Positions 1 through 64,000 of a stretch of 64,000 nt of DNA are shown one piece after another (the first letter of the stretch is position 1; each line of letters opens with the position of its first letter). The translations under genes were made by a program, and so were the position numbers. Source of the DNA: the human T2T-CHM13v2.0 reference genome, Homo sapiens; the NCBI RefSeq assembly GCF_009914755.1, contig NC_060930.1; one strand, written 5' to 3'. The notes under the pieces were generated by a model. It was not told the origin of the DNA, did no database searches, and was given only the letters and a program-made list of their open reading frames with translations.

Positions 1-56
1 AGCTTGCAGTGAGCCGAGATCGTGCCACTGCACTCCAGCCTGAGCGAGACTCTGTC

Positions 57-83
<27 letters not shown>
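1..83 (+). mobile_element. Alu 3' end (AluY-like) with A tail
   Basis: agcttgcagtgagccgagatcg...poly(A). Confidence 0.85.
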
Positions 84-88
<5 letters not shown>

Positions 89-310
89 AGTTCAAGACCA
101 GCCTGGGCAACAAAGTGAGACCTCATCTCTACAAAAAAAAAAAAAAAAAAAAAAAATAGCCAGGCATGGTGGCATGTGCCTGTGGTCCCAGCACTCAGGA
201 GGTTGACGTGGAAGGATCATTTGAGTCCAGGAGGTTGAGACTGCAGTGAGCCATAATCATGCCTGGGCAATAGCACGAGAATCTGTCTCAAAAAAAAGCA
301 AAAAAAAAAA
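89..310 (+). mobile_element. AluJ-like, partial
   Basis: gttcaagaccagcctgggcaac...right arm, A tail. Confidence 0.8.
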
Positions 311-488
311 CCCCAAGATTTTTTGCCTTATTCTGCAGGGAAGTCAGGCAAATACATGCTATATATGTCCAAAGAACAAGATTTCAAAGGCATTTTCTTG
401 TCTAGTACTGAGGCATGCCTTGCACATAAAACACAGATCCCACTTGACTGGCTTGGGAATAAGCCAGCACTGTCCCACAACCAAGTAC

Positions 489-62992
<62,504 letters not shown>

Positions 62993-63129
62993 CTGGGAGG
63001 AGGAGGAGGAAAAGGAGGAGAGGAATCATCAAGTGTCTACCGGGAACACCAAGGGATATGGAGAATATGAAACAACAGAAACTCTCATACGCGGCTGGTG
63101 AGGTAGAAATCTGAAGAACTAGGACAGCC

Positions 63130-63660
63130 TATTACAATTAACCATATACCTGCCCTATGCCTCAGCAATATGACTTCTAGTATCCCCAAACACCAATGAA
63201 CATGTGTGTGTCGAAAGACATATGCAGGAATGTTCAGAGAAGCTTTGTTCATAACTAAAAAATTAAAATGATCCAGATGTCCATAACCAAGAGAATGGAT
63301 AAACAAACTATGGTGTCGTCATACAGTGGATTACCACATAAAAAGAAAAAGAAAAAAAAGAATGAAGTCCTGATACACATAATGGCATGACTGAATCTCA
63401 CATCAGGTTTAGTGAAAAACCCAGAACCCAAAAAGTACATACTGCATGGTGTCAGCTAGGTGAAACTCAAGGACAGGCAAAATGCTGTTCAATCAGATTA
63501 GTAGTGATAATCAGACAGAAGTCAATTAGTAGTGACAGTAGTCAGGGTAGTGATTACCTCCACTGTCAAGAGACCTACTGAGTTATTGGAAATATTCTAA
63601 ATCTTGGTCTAGGTGATACTTTACATGGGAAAATGCTTTACTGTTTGTTACACCTCACTA
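63130..63660 (+). mobile_element. L1M 3' fragment
   Basis: tgtccataacca..gaatggataaacaaact..catactgcatg. Confidence 0.6.
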
Positions 63661-63669
63661 AAAAAGTTT

Positions 63670-64000
<331 letters not shown>

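Overview
Human/primate genomic DNA lying entirely inside the midasin gene MDN1 (Rea1 orthologue, pre-60S AAA+ ATPase), transcribed on the - strand. I traced 46 consecutive GT-AG exons from 62992 down to 489 (about 8.2 kb, about 2730 codons, splice phases consistent throughout). They encode the end of AAA3, AAA modules 4-6 and much of the helical linker; neither the start nor the stop codon is in the window. The introns hold about 40 Alu elements or fragments, L1/L2/MIR remnants, DNA-transposon fossils and two solo LTRs. The standout feature is a full-length processed copy of the GAS5 lncRNA (38514-39170, antisense to MDN1) inserted in an AluJ tail. It has a perfect 16-bp target-site duplication, an intact 5'TOP start preceded by an extra G (probably cap-derived), a 14-nt alternative-acceptor segment and a variant hormone-response-element-mimic hairpin. 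A G-depleted LTR10-like solo LTR nested in an L1PA 3' end (about 49110-49598) looks APOBEC3-hypermutated. Gene and repeat identities are from recall of the sequences, not from database searches, and repeat boundaries are approximate.
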